A stretch of DNA of 64,000 bases from Octopus vulgaris (lineage: Eukaryota), in the NCBI GenBank assembly GCA_951406725.2, contig OX597826.1, forward strand, positions 6,262,001 to 6,326,000, written 5' to 3'. A program made the translations under genes and the position numbers. The notes under the pieces are model-generated. The model made no database searches. It was not told the origin of the DNA and saw only the letters and a program-made list of their open reading frames with translations. Numbering within the stretch: position 1 is the stretch's first letter; each line of letters begins with the position of its first letter. Positions 28,095 to 42,842 of this stretch are shown one piece after another.

Positions 28095-28685
28095 AAAAAT
28101 GGTGGGAACACAAACCACCTCCACTGCTTGAAAATGATCACTTCTCACTGATCTGGAACTACACGATTCAAACTGACAGAAAGATAGATGCGAATAATCC
28201 AGACATTATATTGAAAGACTTCAAACAAATGACATGCCTCCACATTGATATGACTGACCCAAAGGACATAAATGTATCTGACAAGAAGACCTACCCAAAA
28301 ACTGAACAAATATAAAGATCTTGAAATAGAAATCAGCAAAATGTGGAACCTGAAGACTAAAACAATACCTGTTGTCAAAGGTGCCCTAGGGATGATAACA
28401 GAAGGAGCTGATTCCTACCTAGCTCCAATACCAAGAAACCTCCAAATGGCAGAAATTCAGAAGGTAGTGATCATGGGAACTGCCGATATCCTACGTAAAT
28501 GTCTGTCTATGTAATCTCAAACTTAAATACAAACTCATAATTTTCTTATGGTTTCTTAAACATTCTCTGGAACAATGCTATGTGAAGAACCAAATACATG
28601 ACACAAATTCTAACTTGTCTCTTGAGGTCTCCGGTTGAGACTTGGAACCAAGTTGTACAAATACAAAGCAAAATTCAAAAAAATA
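28095..28685 (+). mobile_element. Second R4/Dong-clade 3' fragment (diverged, frameshifted)
   Basis: KWWEHKP...LIWNYTIQTDRKIDANNPDII...IDMT.P / KLNKYKDLEIEISKMW...GALG...GTADILRK*; followed by a (TAA/TGA)n tract. Confidence 0.8.
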
Positions 28686-30044
28686 ATGATGATGATAATG
28701 ATGATGATGATCATGATCATGATCATGATGAATATGATGATGATGATCATAATGGTGGTGGTGGTGGTGGTGATGATGATAATAGCAATAACAATAATAG
28801 TAATATTAATGATGGTTATGGATATTATTAATATTAATGTTATTATCATTATCACCATCACCGTCATTGTCATCGTCGTCTTCATCGTTATTATTATTAC
28901 TATTACTGTACCGACATTATTATTATCTTCCGCATCCTTGCTTTTATATCACCATCATTATTAGAATCATCATCGATGAGATCCGTAGAGCGACTGAGAT
29001 GAAACTTTGTTCAATAATGATTACAGATTATGTATTGCATCGGATAAAACGGGTTATTAACCACATTGTGGTGTATGGCAACTTTCTATTTCTCCCTCTT
29101 TCTGTACATGTATACATCTGCTTTAGTCTCTTTCTTTATCGCTCAACGTCTGTCTCTCTCTCAATCTCTATATCATTATTTTCTCTCTGTTTCATTTAAT
29201 CAGTTTCTTTCACTCTTTCCTTCTCCCTCTTTTTTCTTACTCGCACACTCTCACTTCTTTTCTTTTACTTCGTTCAATGCTTTTCAACCTTTAAGAAAGA
29301 ATGTGTGAAAGAAGCAGCCATATGATTAAGGGTGGAGGAAATGAAGAAATCGCAAGAGAAATAAATAGAATGAAGAATACTGCGACCATTCGCAGAACAA
29401 TAGCAACCGGTCGATTGCTTTTGTTGCGAATTTTATCATCTACAGACTGATATCATTAACATTGGCCTGTAAATTCAAGTGGATTAACCTAGGAGAATGG
29501 CTTTGTCCCGGAATAAACGGCTTTACTTTCGAATCGAACAAACTGTAATAAAAGTTATTCTAGCATAATTCAGCCGGAACATGGGCAATGGAATCGGTTA
29601 GAAAAGCCCTGGGCCATGTTGCACCATTTCCGGATTAAAGAAACACTATAAATCCGGATAGTATCCGCTCGATTGTTATTTTTGCTCTTCTTCTCCTCCA
29701 CTAAGAAATATGATGGCTTGTACAGTCGGAAATGCCCGAGGAAGAATCTTCTGTAGTCACAGGTGAAGATTTTAACGAAATCACTTCCATATGCTCTGTA
29801 ATTCCATTCGACGTGCCTAAACTATATCAGCTTCTCCCTCCTCTTCTCTCTTTCTCTCCCTCTCCACCACCATCTCTATATATAATATTCATTTCCCCCT
29901 TCATACATAAATACGTAGACGTATATACTATTTACATACATATACGAATACATATATGCGTGTATAAACGCAGAAACACCCACGTATACGTCTGTGCATT
30001 TCATGTACAATGTGTGTGTATATGTATATGTATATGTATATAAT

Positions 30045-30126
<82 letters not shown>

Positions 30127-30699
30127 TGCATTTAAAGGTACGTGTATTTAAGTCATTATTTACCCACACTGGCAAACACACACCGATGCACATTCAATAA
30201 CACGCAAACGCACACATGCATACACATAGCTGGACAAACTCATAATCTCAGTATACACATCGATACACATTCCTTTTGAAAGGCTGTTAATCGCCTCAGT
30301 TTGCTATCATACCTCAGGCCGTTATCTTAAACCCCAAGCAGCATAAGGGTGTATAGTAAATGTGCTATTTGTTCGTTCTGATCGTTAAACGTAAATTTAA
30401 TCCTGTCATTCTGCATTGTTATTGTTAGCGCTGTGTGCCTTCCTTGAAAGCCAACGGCTCCCTCTCTACCCCAACTCTGTCTACCCGCCCCCTTTACTTA
30501 CTCTTACCACGATTTCTTCCTCATCCCATCTTATAATTGTCATTAAGACATTTTACTTTCCCATAGAATTATTTTCAATTCGTTTTTCACTTCCCTTTGT
30601 CATCCGTACAATTATTTGCAGACTTGGACTGATCCACTCTGATTTGTCTCCTTTCACGCTTATGCATCCAGCCACACATAGATAACATGCGCATACAGT

Positions 30700-30780
<81 letters not shown>

Positions 30781-31061
30781 TTGCTTATGTGTTCATGTCT
30801 GTGTATGTGTCTGTGTGCGTGTTTGTGTAACGCAATACGTCTACAGACATTAACATACCTACATACCTACGTGCATTTATGAAATATGGTATATTTAGAG
30901 ATATGTGTATAAGCAAATTGTCTAATGGGGAACAATTTAAATTCCTGAAATAATAATAGAATGCCCCAAAACATATAAATGCAGGGGCATCACTTTCTGA
31001 AGACTTTATTGTCGAATTAGAATTTTTATTCAGATTCATTATTATTAATTCATATATATTC

Positions 31062-31111
<50 letters not shown>

Positions 31112-31415
31112 ACATACACACACACGCTCAAATATATATACATAATAACAATAAGCCTTGGATGGAATATATAAACCTTTAATGCACCGCTCTACGCGCG
31201 TTTCCACAAATCACATAACTCTTAAGATCACAGTCCGTAGACTGTAGCATAGACTGTAGTATCCATGTGCATTTGGTTGATTATCATCATTGATGAATAT
31301 TATTGTAATTATCCTACATTATATAAACACAAATTTAATGAAAGCCCGATAAACTGGATCACTAGGCAACATCATTAGAGGGTGGCAGGCATAATGGAAA
31401 AGGAGCATATTTGCA

Positions 31416-31484
<69 letters not shown>

Positions 31485-31540
31485 TTTACTCGTTTCGGTC
31501 ATTTGACTACATCATTTCTGAAGCACCGTCTTTTAGTCGA

Positions 31541-31748
31541 GGGTATAAACATGAAGGGGACAAACAAGGACAGACAAAGGGATTAAGTCGATTACATCGA
31601 CTCCAGTACGTAACTGGTACTTAATTTATCGACCTCGAAACGATGAAAGGCAACGTCGACCTCGGCGGAATTTGAACTCAGAAAGTAAAGACAGACGAAA
31701 TACTGCTGAGTATTTCGCCCGGCGTGCTAACGATTCTGCCAGCTCGAC
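31541..31748 (-). mobile_element. SINE family C
   Basis: Matches 2712-2945. Confidence 0.85.
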
Positions 31749-31791
31749 GTCTATTGGACAAGATACCTTTACATTATTTAGTCACTGCCGC

Positions 31792-32006
31792 AGGTGGCAA
31801 ACTGGCAGAATCGTTAGCACACCGGTATTTCGTCTGCCGTTACGTTCTGAGTTAAAATTCCGCTGAGGTCGTCTTTGCCTTTCATCCTTTCGGGGTCGAT
31901 AAATTAAGTACCAGTTACGCACTGGGGTCGATGTAATCGACTTAATCCCTCTGTCTGTCCTTGTTTGTCCCCTCTATGTTTAGCCCCTTGTGGGCAATAA
32001 AGAAAT
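31792..32006 (+). mobile_element. SINE family C (head-to-head with the previous copy)
   Basis: Core 'gtctttgcctttcatcctttcggggtcgataaattaagtaccag' and tail 'gtgggcaataaagaaat'. Confidence 0.85.
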
Positions 32007-34424
32007 CGTTAGCATGCTAATCAAAGTACTTAACTGAATTTTGTCTGTCTTTATACCGTTGAAATTCCATAGACGTCGACTTTGCCTTTTATCATTTCGA
32101 GGGCAATATAATGAAGTAGACCCTGTCCCAAAATACCAGGCCTTGAGCCTATATTACAATGAATTACTTAGTTACAATAATTTATGCTTTAAATTTGAAT
32201 TCTGCAGGGGTTGATATTGCAATTTAATTATTGCCAAGTCGATAGAAGTGAAAGACTACTTACATAGAGTAATTGATATTTCGCCGCTCACAGAAAAATA
32301 TAATATTAAAGTGAAAAAAAAATGGCCATTTGCTTATGTTAGAAATATTATTAGCATTAATCTTGTCGCTACCCTTGATAATTCAAATAGAAATAACATA
32401 ACTCATGCGATTTACATTGTCAGGTTACACATTAACATATTGTTGATGGCAATGTTAACATGATTTCCTCTCGTTATTTTCATCTTACATTCATATTAAG
32501 CGGAAAATAATAATTAAAATCTATTATCTCTGAAAACACAGGGACAATTTATTGAGATATTTGACATTAGAAGACTTGCATTGCATAAATCATTACATTA
32601 ATTGGTTTTCATAAACATTTGTCATATCCTTATTAAATTGAATTTGTCAACTTGTTATAGCACCTAATTCCAGTGAAATGATTGAAAGACTGTAATACTC
32701 GTACGTACATACATAGGGTTTCGGCGATATTCTTGGTACCTGATCCATACATAATATTGCTCAACATTATTGAAAATCTATCTCTATTTATTGGTCACAC
32801 ATTAAATTTAATATACGTGATGTTGTTGTTGTTTTCGTCGATGATGATGGCAGCAGTGGTGGTTGTGGCGGTAATGATGATAATAGTGATGATGATGGAG
32901 ATGATGCAGTTGTAGTTGTTCTCAGAAAACGTAAATGATGCAAGTGGTTTTACTGTGGTTTTAATTCTGATTCGCTGTCACTTGGGTTCAAAATCTCCGT
33001 CGATGCAATCCTTGGCCTTCATCCCTTGCAGCTTTCATTTCACACGAAAACGAAAAAAAGAAATGAAATTATAATTAATTAATTAATAAAACATCCATTG
33101 ATAGGAAGGAGGGATTGACGCATGTGTAAGAAAGTAGGACTCGATGCCTCGCACTATGTCTTTGGGATTTTGCATTCTGAGCTGAAATCTCGCCACGGCT
33201 TTGTTGTGTATCAAACACAACCTATTGCCTTGTTCAATGCCACCAGCTGATATTTTGGGTACGTTCCGTATAAAATACACTCCGTTACAAGCTCTTTGGC
33301 TAGTTTTCCGATTTAATGAGAACTTCCAATCACACGGTATGGGACGTCCCATAAAAGGTCATAGGTACTGGCTACATTCTTGACTAAAATGCTAAAAGGC
33401 GAACTCCGACAATCGAATCTTTTTGTCCAATCTACTACTCTTCGTGTTACTGAAATGAGTGGGATGGACCATGATAGTGAAACCTAATAAGAGCTCAAGG
33501 CCCGAATTATTCTTGATGGAGTATGGCTTACTGTTTGAAGACTACTCATGTGTACCAATCAACCATAAAATTATAACAAGGCAAACCTTAATATTTTCTG
33601 GAAATAAAATTAAGCTGATGTAATCGACTAGCCTCCCAATCCCCTGAAATTGCAGGCAGTGTACATATAATAGAAAACACTATAATGACTACCATTAAAA
33701 CTCCCGCAGCTAATGCTACCCCAACAACCACCATGACCACCATCCACTACAAATACTACCAACACTATTTCTACTCCCACCACCAACACCATTAACCCCA
33801 CTGAGATTTCTAGTTTTACTCTTTCTAATACTTTTGTTTTGTTCAATAATGTCTTAATTGCGTGATATAAAACTTTCTGTTATAGGCTCAAGTTCTAGAA
33901 TTTTATGGGTCGACGTTAATACTCAACTAGTAGCGAGTATCGCTACTAAGGGTGCTCCTATTGTTGGGTGGTGCTAGTGTAGCTCCGATCTAGCAGAACT
34001 ACAAACCTAATTCGTTGTTCTTGAGTATCACAATATGCTTTCCAAGATGAAATGCATTTGCAGTGTAATATAGTTGCTTCGCTATGTGTAAGTCTAACTC
34101 AAAAATCTTGACCGTTGCTCACCAATTAACACATTATTCGTTGTAAGTATACCGGGTTAGGACGCACAAGGGTGAAGTAGGCGAGTCGATTGCAAAGATT
34201 TTTAATTTAAAACAAATCTATCTGAATTGGTGAATTTAGTTGATTCTGCATTCAGCACATTTGGTTTCTCTGTCATTTAATTCCATAGCGATATGTGGGG
34301 AATTAAATCACAGCATTGTTTTAAAAATTAATTTATGCAGAATCAGCTATGAAAATTTTTTTTGTGTGATAATCTGGCTTTATCTCATAGTCATCGGCAC
34401 CAAACCTTCTATACAGCTACTGCT

Positions 34425-34441
34425 GTATCTACTACTACTAT

Positions 34442-34525
<84 letters not shown>

Positions 34526-34572
34526 CACTACTACTACTGCCGCTGCTGCTGCTGCTACTACTGCTACTACTA
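34425..34572. repeat. (CTA)n/(CTG)n microsatellite
   Basis: Direct reading. Confidence 0.95.
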
Positions 34573-34712
34573 AAATACCTGCAAAATGTTCTTTGTTCAA
34601 TGCAATATTTATTACCTTATAAAAATTGTCCTTGCTTATCCACATGTTGGACATAACGTAACACGTACTGCCATCTATATGTAGAAGTAATAATAAATAG
34701 ATACATACATAC

Positions 34713-34789
<77 letters not shown>

Positions 34790-34882
34790 CATGCCTTCAA
34801 GCTTTGGTTTATACTTCGACTATTGCCTTGTCCGATATTTATCTGTAGTCCTTTCTATAGCAACATGTTTATTCTATGAAAT

Positions 34883-35040
34883 GCGGTGAGCTGGCAGAAA
34901 CGTTAGTACGCCATGTGAAATGCTTGCCTTTCATCCTTTTAGGGTGGAAAAATTGAGTACCAGTTGCCTACTGGGGTCGATCTAATCGACTGCCCCTTCT
35001 CCAAAGATTTCGGGCCTTGTGCCTAGAGTAAGCAAGAAAG
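34883..35040 (+). mobile_element. SINE family C, internally deleted, alternative tail
   Basis: 'gcggtgagctggcagaaacgttag...gcctttcatcctttt...gggccttgtgcctagagta'. Confidence 0.75.
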
Positions 35041-36020
35041 TTAAAACCATGATATACACACTTCTTGTTTTAAAGCGATCCAAATTAAAATTTGACATCA
35101 AAATTAATCGTAAATTTATTGCACCAAAGATTAGTTCAATGATGACAAAATTATTTCACTCTGAATTCATTGTAATTTAAATTTACTTAAAACAAGATTC
35201 GAAAGAAATACAGCAAGAAATAAGAAAAAGAATAAGCATTACCATAAATATATTCATCAATGAAAATATTCAATCGATAATAGCTGTTCGTCCCTACAGT
35301 GTTTATATTTTCTGCATAAAGAGCTGAATAGTTGAAAATATAGTTTTCCGTATTTGTATGGATGGAAATATCACGTGTTTCTTAACAAGTTTAGGTGATG
35401 ATGGACCTGTAACACGTTTATGCGACAAAGGAAAGAATTTCGTTGTATTGTCAAAGAGGTATACATCAATGTGTTATTAAAAGTATTATCTATCTTATAT
35501 ATTGTCACGTTTCTTGTTTGACAATGGAGTTTCACAATGTACAGAAAAGTTTTCCCGCTGTTATATCAAATTACATGTTTCCAGTTATGCAATAGCAACG
35601 CACGCAGATTTCAGCTGCTAAGAATAAAATTAATGAAAGTTATAGAGAATATGGTCTAATATATTCAAGCCTTTTAACCCAGTTTGTGAATGTGTGGGAG
35701 CATATTATATACACATATACAAACAAGCACTCATAGAAGCAAAAACCTACATCAACGTATGAAAATATACGTGAAGTTGCAACCGTGTTTGCATAGACTA
35801 CCGACACCTTGCTTCGAGTTCAGTCACATTGCCTGGCGTCTAAGAGATTTGAGTGGAGACCCTGACTGACAAATGAGTCGTGAGTAAATTTAGTGGACGT
35901 AGATTCAGAAGAAGCATTGTATACATATACACAACATCACAGATACATACATGTACACACACACATGCGGACACACAATCACACACACTATAATTACCCA
36001 AACACATACGCACACCCTCA

Positions 36021-36309
36021 ATCATATGATCACCGTGACCGACCAGGCTATCATATGTTGCTAGACATTGATGGTCACAATGCGCTTCGCATTGTTTTAG
36101 CCTTCAAATGACGCCACCCCGCTGGCTAAGCGAGCAGGCCAACAGAAGAAAGAGTGAGAGAAAGTTGTGGCGAAAGAGTACCCCCCCTGCTGGAGCCCCG
36201 TGGAGCTTTAGGTGTTTTCACTCAATAAACACTCGCAACGCCCGGTCTGGGAATCGAAACCGCGAAACCGCGAGTCTGCTGCCCTAACCACTGGGCCATT
36301 GCTCCTCCA
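36021..36309 (-). mobile_element. SINE family B
   Basis: Reverse complement of 1012-1280. Confidence 0.85.
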
Positions 36310-36326
36310 CACACACACACACACGC

Positions 36327-36408
<82 letters not shown>

Positions 36409-36409
36409 G

Positions 36410-36964
<555 letters not shown>

Positions 36965-37005
36965 TGGTTGTGTGGCATACGCACACACTCACAAACCTTT
37001 GTATA

Positions 37006-37222
37006 TCTACTACATATTTGTGAAAAGGGCAGATGTCTCACAATCAGTTGTGAGACAAAAGTGTTCGGATTGACCTGAAAATTTGCACATCTATGTTAAA
37101 AGTGCTGGGGAGTTTGCATAGCAATTTTGAATTTGCTCAATTGAAAGGAATGGCATGTAGATCCAAATTCCTCATCGTTAAAATGTGACCCGAGTAGACC
37201 CGACTGAAATCGGGTTATAATA

Positions 37223-37223
<1 letters not shown>
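37006..37223 (+). mobile_element. Non-autonomous Helitron
   Basis: 5' TCTACTA after a host A; 3' hairpin acccga-ctgaaa-tcgggt then ATAG (CTAG-like) before a host T. Confidence 0.65.
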
Positions 37224-37274
<51 letters not shown>

Positions 37275-37277
<3 letters not shown>

Positions 37278-37500
37278 AACCAAACATGAAAACACAAAGA
37301 GAAAAATACAACAACGCGAGAACGTGGAACAAATATAGTATTATTGGATGCACAGGAAAGAAGGAAAGGAGGAAAGAAGGAGGGTTTAACGTTTCGAGCG
37401 GAGCTCTTCGTTAGATACACAGGAAAAGGAAAGATCCAAAGAATGGAAAACGGAAGAAAAATAATCGCCAACGGTGCACACACGGTCACGTTTTGAATGT
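37275..37500 (-). mobile_element. Penelope-like pLTR fragment with decayed HHR at 37385-37417
   Basis: Reverse complement CUAACGA-A-GAGC(UCC)GCUC-GAAA-CG-UU; starts at (TA)n. Confidence 0.6.
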
Positions 37501-37919
37501 ATATATATTGTGTGAGTGTGGTTGGGGATTAAGAATTTTGTTTCCTAAACACATGGTTGCGTGTACCTGAGGTAAGACAGTTCTACGATGAACATGGAAC
37601 AAGGAAACCCTTTTGAGTCGAATTCGTTGACTGTGACGCAAAGGAATCCAGTCTCCCTCATCGCTCTCCCTCACTTCTTCCTTCTCCCTCTTACATTCCT
37701 ATATATGGCTGAAGAAAATCAGGCAGCGTTTGGCATTGATTTCGAAATGATAATATCAAATCAACCAGCTTTACTTTTGCTTACCTAACGGAGGTAAGAC
37801 AATATCATTGTCCACTGAACGATACGATAATTATCAAACTTTAATTTTGTGACTATTCTTTGGAATCGAAGAATTTTTTACTTCTATTTTTAGCGAAGCC
37901 GGTGCTCATATATTACCCT

Positions 37920-37998
<79 letters not shown>

Positions 37999-38041
37999 GT
38001 ATATATATATATCATATGTGTATACATATATATATATGTAT

Positions 38042-38500
38042 AAGGGTGAAAAGGAACACACGAGTTGATATATATGAAAAAACAAGTCAAAAATAGAAAA
38101 TGCTAAAATAATTTTATAGTGAACATTTCAGTACCGGTTTCGGTCATTTTGAGACCTTTTCAACTGTAACGATTAAATAATTAAATTTAGAAAAATTAGA
38201 AAAAAAGTTTTTTTGAAGGAATATTTCTATAGTAGTGTTCAGATTTAAGTGGCATTCTGCCTTTCTCTGACTCCCTTGTTTGCACTTGTGTGTTGGAGGT
38301 CGTTGTGAGTTCTTGGTAGGGTAGTAGAGGAAGAAGGCTGGTGAGGAAGGGGGTGGGAGAATCTGGGAGTGCCCTGATGGTCGTATTTTGAATGGTCAGT
38401 GGCGGCTGGCAGTCGCGCAGTTCAATTCAGGAGAATATTTATATTGACAGGCTTGTTTATAGAATTTGCGTAGGTGTTATACTAAAAAACATTAGTGACA
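38042..38500 (-). mobile_element. Penelope-like element 3' remnant
   Basis: Minus-strand HLRKFYKQACQYKYSPELN resembles the GIY-YIG C-terminal P.LN end; downstream UTR carries an HHR and ends at (TA)n. Confidence 0.6.
38129..38166 (-). ncRNA. Minimal type-I hammerhead, U3-A8 variant
   Basis: CAG-UUGAAAA-GGUC(UCAAAAU)GACC-GAAA-CCGG-UA-CUG; all three helices pair, helix III palindromic (ACCGGU). Confidence 0.75.
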
Positions 38501-38521
38501 AAGTTAAGGGGTAGGGGGTGG

Positions 38522-38722
38522 AGAAGTAGAAGAAGAAGAAGAAGAAGAAGAAGAAGAAGAAGAAGAAGAAGAAGATGACGATGTTGATGATGATGATGAA
38601 GAAGAAGAAGAAGAAGAAGGAGAAAGGAGAAGATGACGATGATGGTGATGGTGGTGATGATTATGACGACGATGATGATGATAATGATGATGATGAAGAA
38701 GAAGAGGAAGAAGAAGAAAAAA
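38522..38722. repeat. (GAA)n/(GAT)n compound microsatellite
   Basis: Direct reading. Confidence 0.9.
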
Positions 38723-38984
38723 CAGAGAAGGGAGAATATGAATGGGTTAAAGTAGTGAGGTGTTGTATGACTTGAAGTTGGTATGTTATGGATTATAGCT
38801 GTGATTTTAGCTGTGATTAGTAATGGATTCTTATATACATATATACGTATACCTATATATATACACATATATAGACCTAAATATACATATATACATATAC
38901 ACACATATATACATGTACATATATACAATAATGTACGTATATACGTGTGTATGTGTGTTTTGTGTGTGTTTGTGTGTGTTTGTG

Positions 38985-39245
38985 TGCCTTGTTTGCCCCC
39001 GCACCCCACCGACATCATCGCATGAAAACCGCTGTGTCTTGTTTCCCACCAAAACCACCACTATCGCTTGACAACCGATGTTGGTGTGTTTATATCCCCG
39101 AAAGCTAGCGGTTCGACAAAAGACACTGATGGGTTACGTACTAAGTTTACAAAGAACAAGTCTAGTATCGATTTTTTCGACTAAAGGCGGTGCTCCACCA
39201 TGGCCGCAGTCAAAAAAATGAAACGTTTAAAATACTAAAAGTGTA

Positions 39246-39323
<78 letters not shown>

Positions 39324-39570
39324 GAGCGGGCCTCTTTGTCTTTTTGATTGTCCTGTAATGCCGCTTGAAAACCGGCGTTTATTTGCATCCATGTGATTGA
39401 GCATTTCGGCACAAGACAACGATAGGATAAGTATCAGACTTATAAAATAAATTATTGAATCAATGAATGAATAAATAAAGAAATATATAAGTATTGAGAT
39501 CCAATTCGTCGATAAAACATTTTAAGGTGGTACGCTAGCATAGCTACAGTTCAATGACTATAACTTTTAA
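38985..39570 (+). mobile_element. SINE family D 3' modules separated by (GT)n
   Basis: 'atcgcttgacaaccgatgttggtgtgttta...ctaaaggcggtgctccaccatggccgcagtc' plus a decayed second copy. Confidence 0.7.
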
Positions 39571-39820
39571 AAAAGAAAAAAAGATTAAAGGAATGTATCC
39601 ATAGCTAATTTATCCCGGGTAGCTGAATGAAAGAGTTAGCTGGAGAGATTTAATAAAGGGGAAACATGCTCATTGCAATTACCACTTGATTTTTAAAGGC
39701 TATATTTAACATCCAATTATTTTGATGATCAGACCTAATAGTAGATATCAACTTTACTCATGTGTTTTATATTTTAACCTCATACTGAGGGAGCTATCTC
39801 TCATGCATGTAACTAGGATA

Positions 39821-39858
<38 letters not shown>

Positions 39859-40211
39859 CATACACATATGTACACACATGCATATATATTTATATATACA
39901 TCCATTTGTTTGCATGTATGTGTGTGTTTGAGTGTGTACGTATACTTTGATTTTCAGCAGCTCCCTATTTTGTGTCCTTTCACCACTCCACGCAAGGAAA
40001 ATCTATATATCTTCTGTGTGTGTGTGTCTATGTATGTATGAATGTATCTGTGTATGCATCAATAACTATACACAGATGTAGATTTATAGAAGAAGAGATA
40101 AATAAATAAATGGACAGATAATTACACACAAAAATATAACTATTTGTACATCTGCATTTTTCTGCCTACACAGACACCTGCGTGTATTCGTTCTGGAGTT
40201 CAATTTTAAGT

Positions 40212-40260
<49 letters not shown>

Positions 40261-40855
40261 TATAGATATAGATACAGATATAGATATGTTCGCCAGGAAT
40301 ATGAGTAAGATATTAGAGATCAAGAAGGGAAAAGCAGTGACCTTATAAATTGCCTAGCATATGACCAAATCTGAATAACAAAACTGTAAAAAAAAAATGT
40401 CTTAAAATGTATAACAGAGAAAAAAAAAGCATCATATCTTATGATAAATAAGTAAATAAATGTTTTATACATTAATGAATGCTGACATTAAAGAAATATG
40501 TTTTCCTACGAATATGTATACTTGCCTTTACCAATTAAGGATCACGATAAAATAACGAGAAAGCATGTTCATCGTAATATACTCCACAGCAATCATAAGC
40601 ATTCTGAGAGGCAGATATATTCATTTAAACTTGAAATTACATATATATGTATGTACACCAATTTATATATATCTTTTTATCTAACTATGCATATATCTAT
40701 AAATGCATACGGTTATATAAGTGCTGGTGTATGTATGCATATATGTATGCATGTATGTATATATGAACCTACATATAGGGATATGTACATATATGCATAC
40801 ATACATAACTACATATACACTCACATATATATGTACGTAGGTAGATATATATATT

Positions 40856-40886
<31 letters not shown>

Positions 40887-40897
40887 GTGTACGTGTA

Positions 40898-40972
<75 letters not shown>

Positions 40973-41563
40973 CATATATACGCATATATATTTGTGTATA
41001 TATATATATTTCTGTGTACGACTGCATCGTTTATGCATGTACATCTACATCACTACATTTAGCTAGTTACATGAAATATGTACATGCATGCATATATATA
41101 TATATATATACACGTGTGCGCGCGCTAGTCTATGAAAGTGTGTGTGCGTGATTATCTAATAAGTGACAAACTGCATGTAAACCCTGTATATCTTTCCTCT
41201 GTAATTTCAAGTGACAATTGAGGAACGTAAAACAAGACAAACAAAACAAAACAAAAAAAACAGATATCATATAAACGTATATATATGCATATTCCAAAGC
41301 GTGATGTCGGTGAAAGCCACGTGTTAATTCCTCCATTAAGTAAAAATGAGGGTTCTTAAAAAATAAAAGAAAGAGGATAAGACAGTAATAATTAAGCGAA
41401 AACGAAAATATGTGACATGTTCATACCTTTTTGTGTGTGCTTAAGTAAACACTTGTGATTCATACAATATTGCATATAATAACATAGGCGCACATTTATG
41501 TATAACTGTGCGTTCAATATTTCATATTTTCAATGTGGTACACCATGTTGCAAATTTATATAC

Positions 41564-41594
<31 letters not shown>

Positions 41595-41596
41595 TA

Positions 41597-41646
<50 letters not shown>

Positions 41647-41671
41647 TATATGTATATATATATATACATAC

Positions 41672-41702
<31 letters not shown>

Positions 41703-41716
41703 CATCTATGTACATG

Positions 41717-41766
<50 letters not shown>

Positions 41767-42256
41767 TGTGTATATGTATGTGTGTGTGTGTTTATTTGTT
41801 TTAGTTTGTCTTAAATGATTCGTATTTATAATCTTCTGTAGACTCTGGCACGAACATATAATCATATGAACAGAAATAAGATTAGATATATATGAAAATA
41901 CACCAAAACCTGTAGACTCGTATATATGTATGTGTGTACATTTATATATGTAATTCTATATCTATAAATAAAATAAGCTACACATGTACTTATACATACA
42001 TACATATATATATATACTCTTTCATATATATATATATATATATATACATATACAAAAGTACATATATATGCATATGTACATACATATATGTAAGTATATG
42101 TTTATGTGTATATATACATATGTATTTCTGTATATATATGTATAATTATATATTTATATACACATACCCACATATATATATATATACATATTTACATATA
42201 CACTTATATACAGACATATATATACACATATATACATATATATGTATACGCATATA

Positions 42257-42299
<43 letters not shown>

Positions 42300-42775
42300 G
42301 AATATCAAATTATATTTCACATATCACATATGTGCTTACATACAATTTGATGGCTGCCATCTGTTGAGTGTAGAGTTCTCTGACGCCGGATAACTGAACC
42401 CTAATCAAATCTCTGCATATGTACAGGATAATTACTTTTGCAATTACCTCACGATAAAGAGAGAAATGTGTCCTAATTCCTAATTGCTGAAGTTAGAAAG
42501 TCAAAGTAATTCGGTAGAACTTTCATTAGAAATGATTAAAGATGGAAAATATCACGTCATTTGGTGGAAAAAAATATGTCACATATATCGAAATTAATTT
42601 ACTGGAAGTAATACCAGTTTTATGACTATAATTTCTACGTGAAAATATATATCCAGCCCCACATTTACACACTCCTAATCATCCGTTCAGAGACACACCC
42701 ATACTCACATACACACATATATGTGCGAAAGAGTTTCCTGTCGATCAGTTGCATTGCGTCTCTGAGTGTGCGTGT

Positions 42776-42834
<59 letters not shown>

Positions 42835-42842
42835 CATATACA

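Noticed and set aside
37560-37800. Host exons suggested by two 'gag|gtaaga' donor-like sites
   Set aside because: No convincing acceptor with an open frame and no recognisable protein
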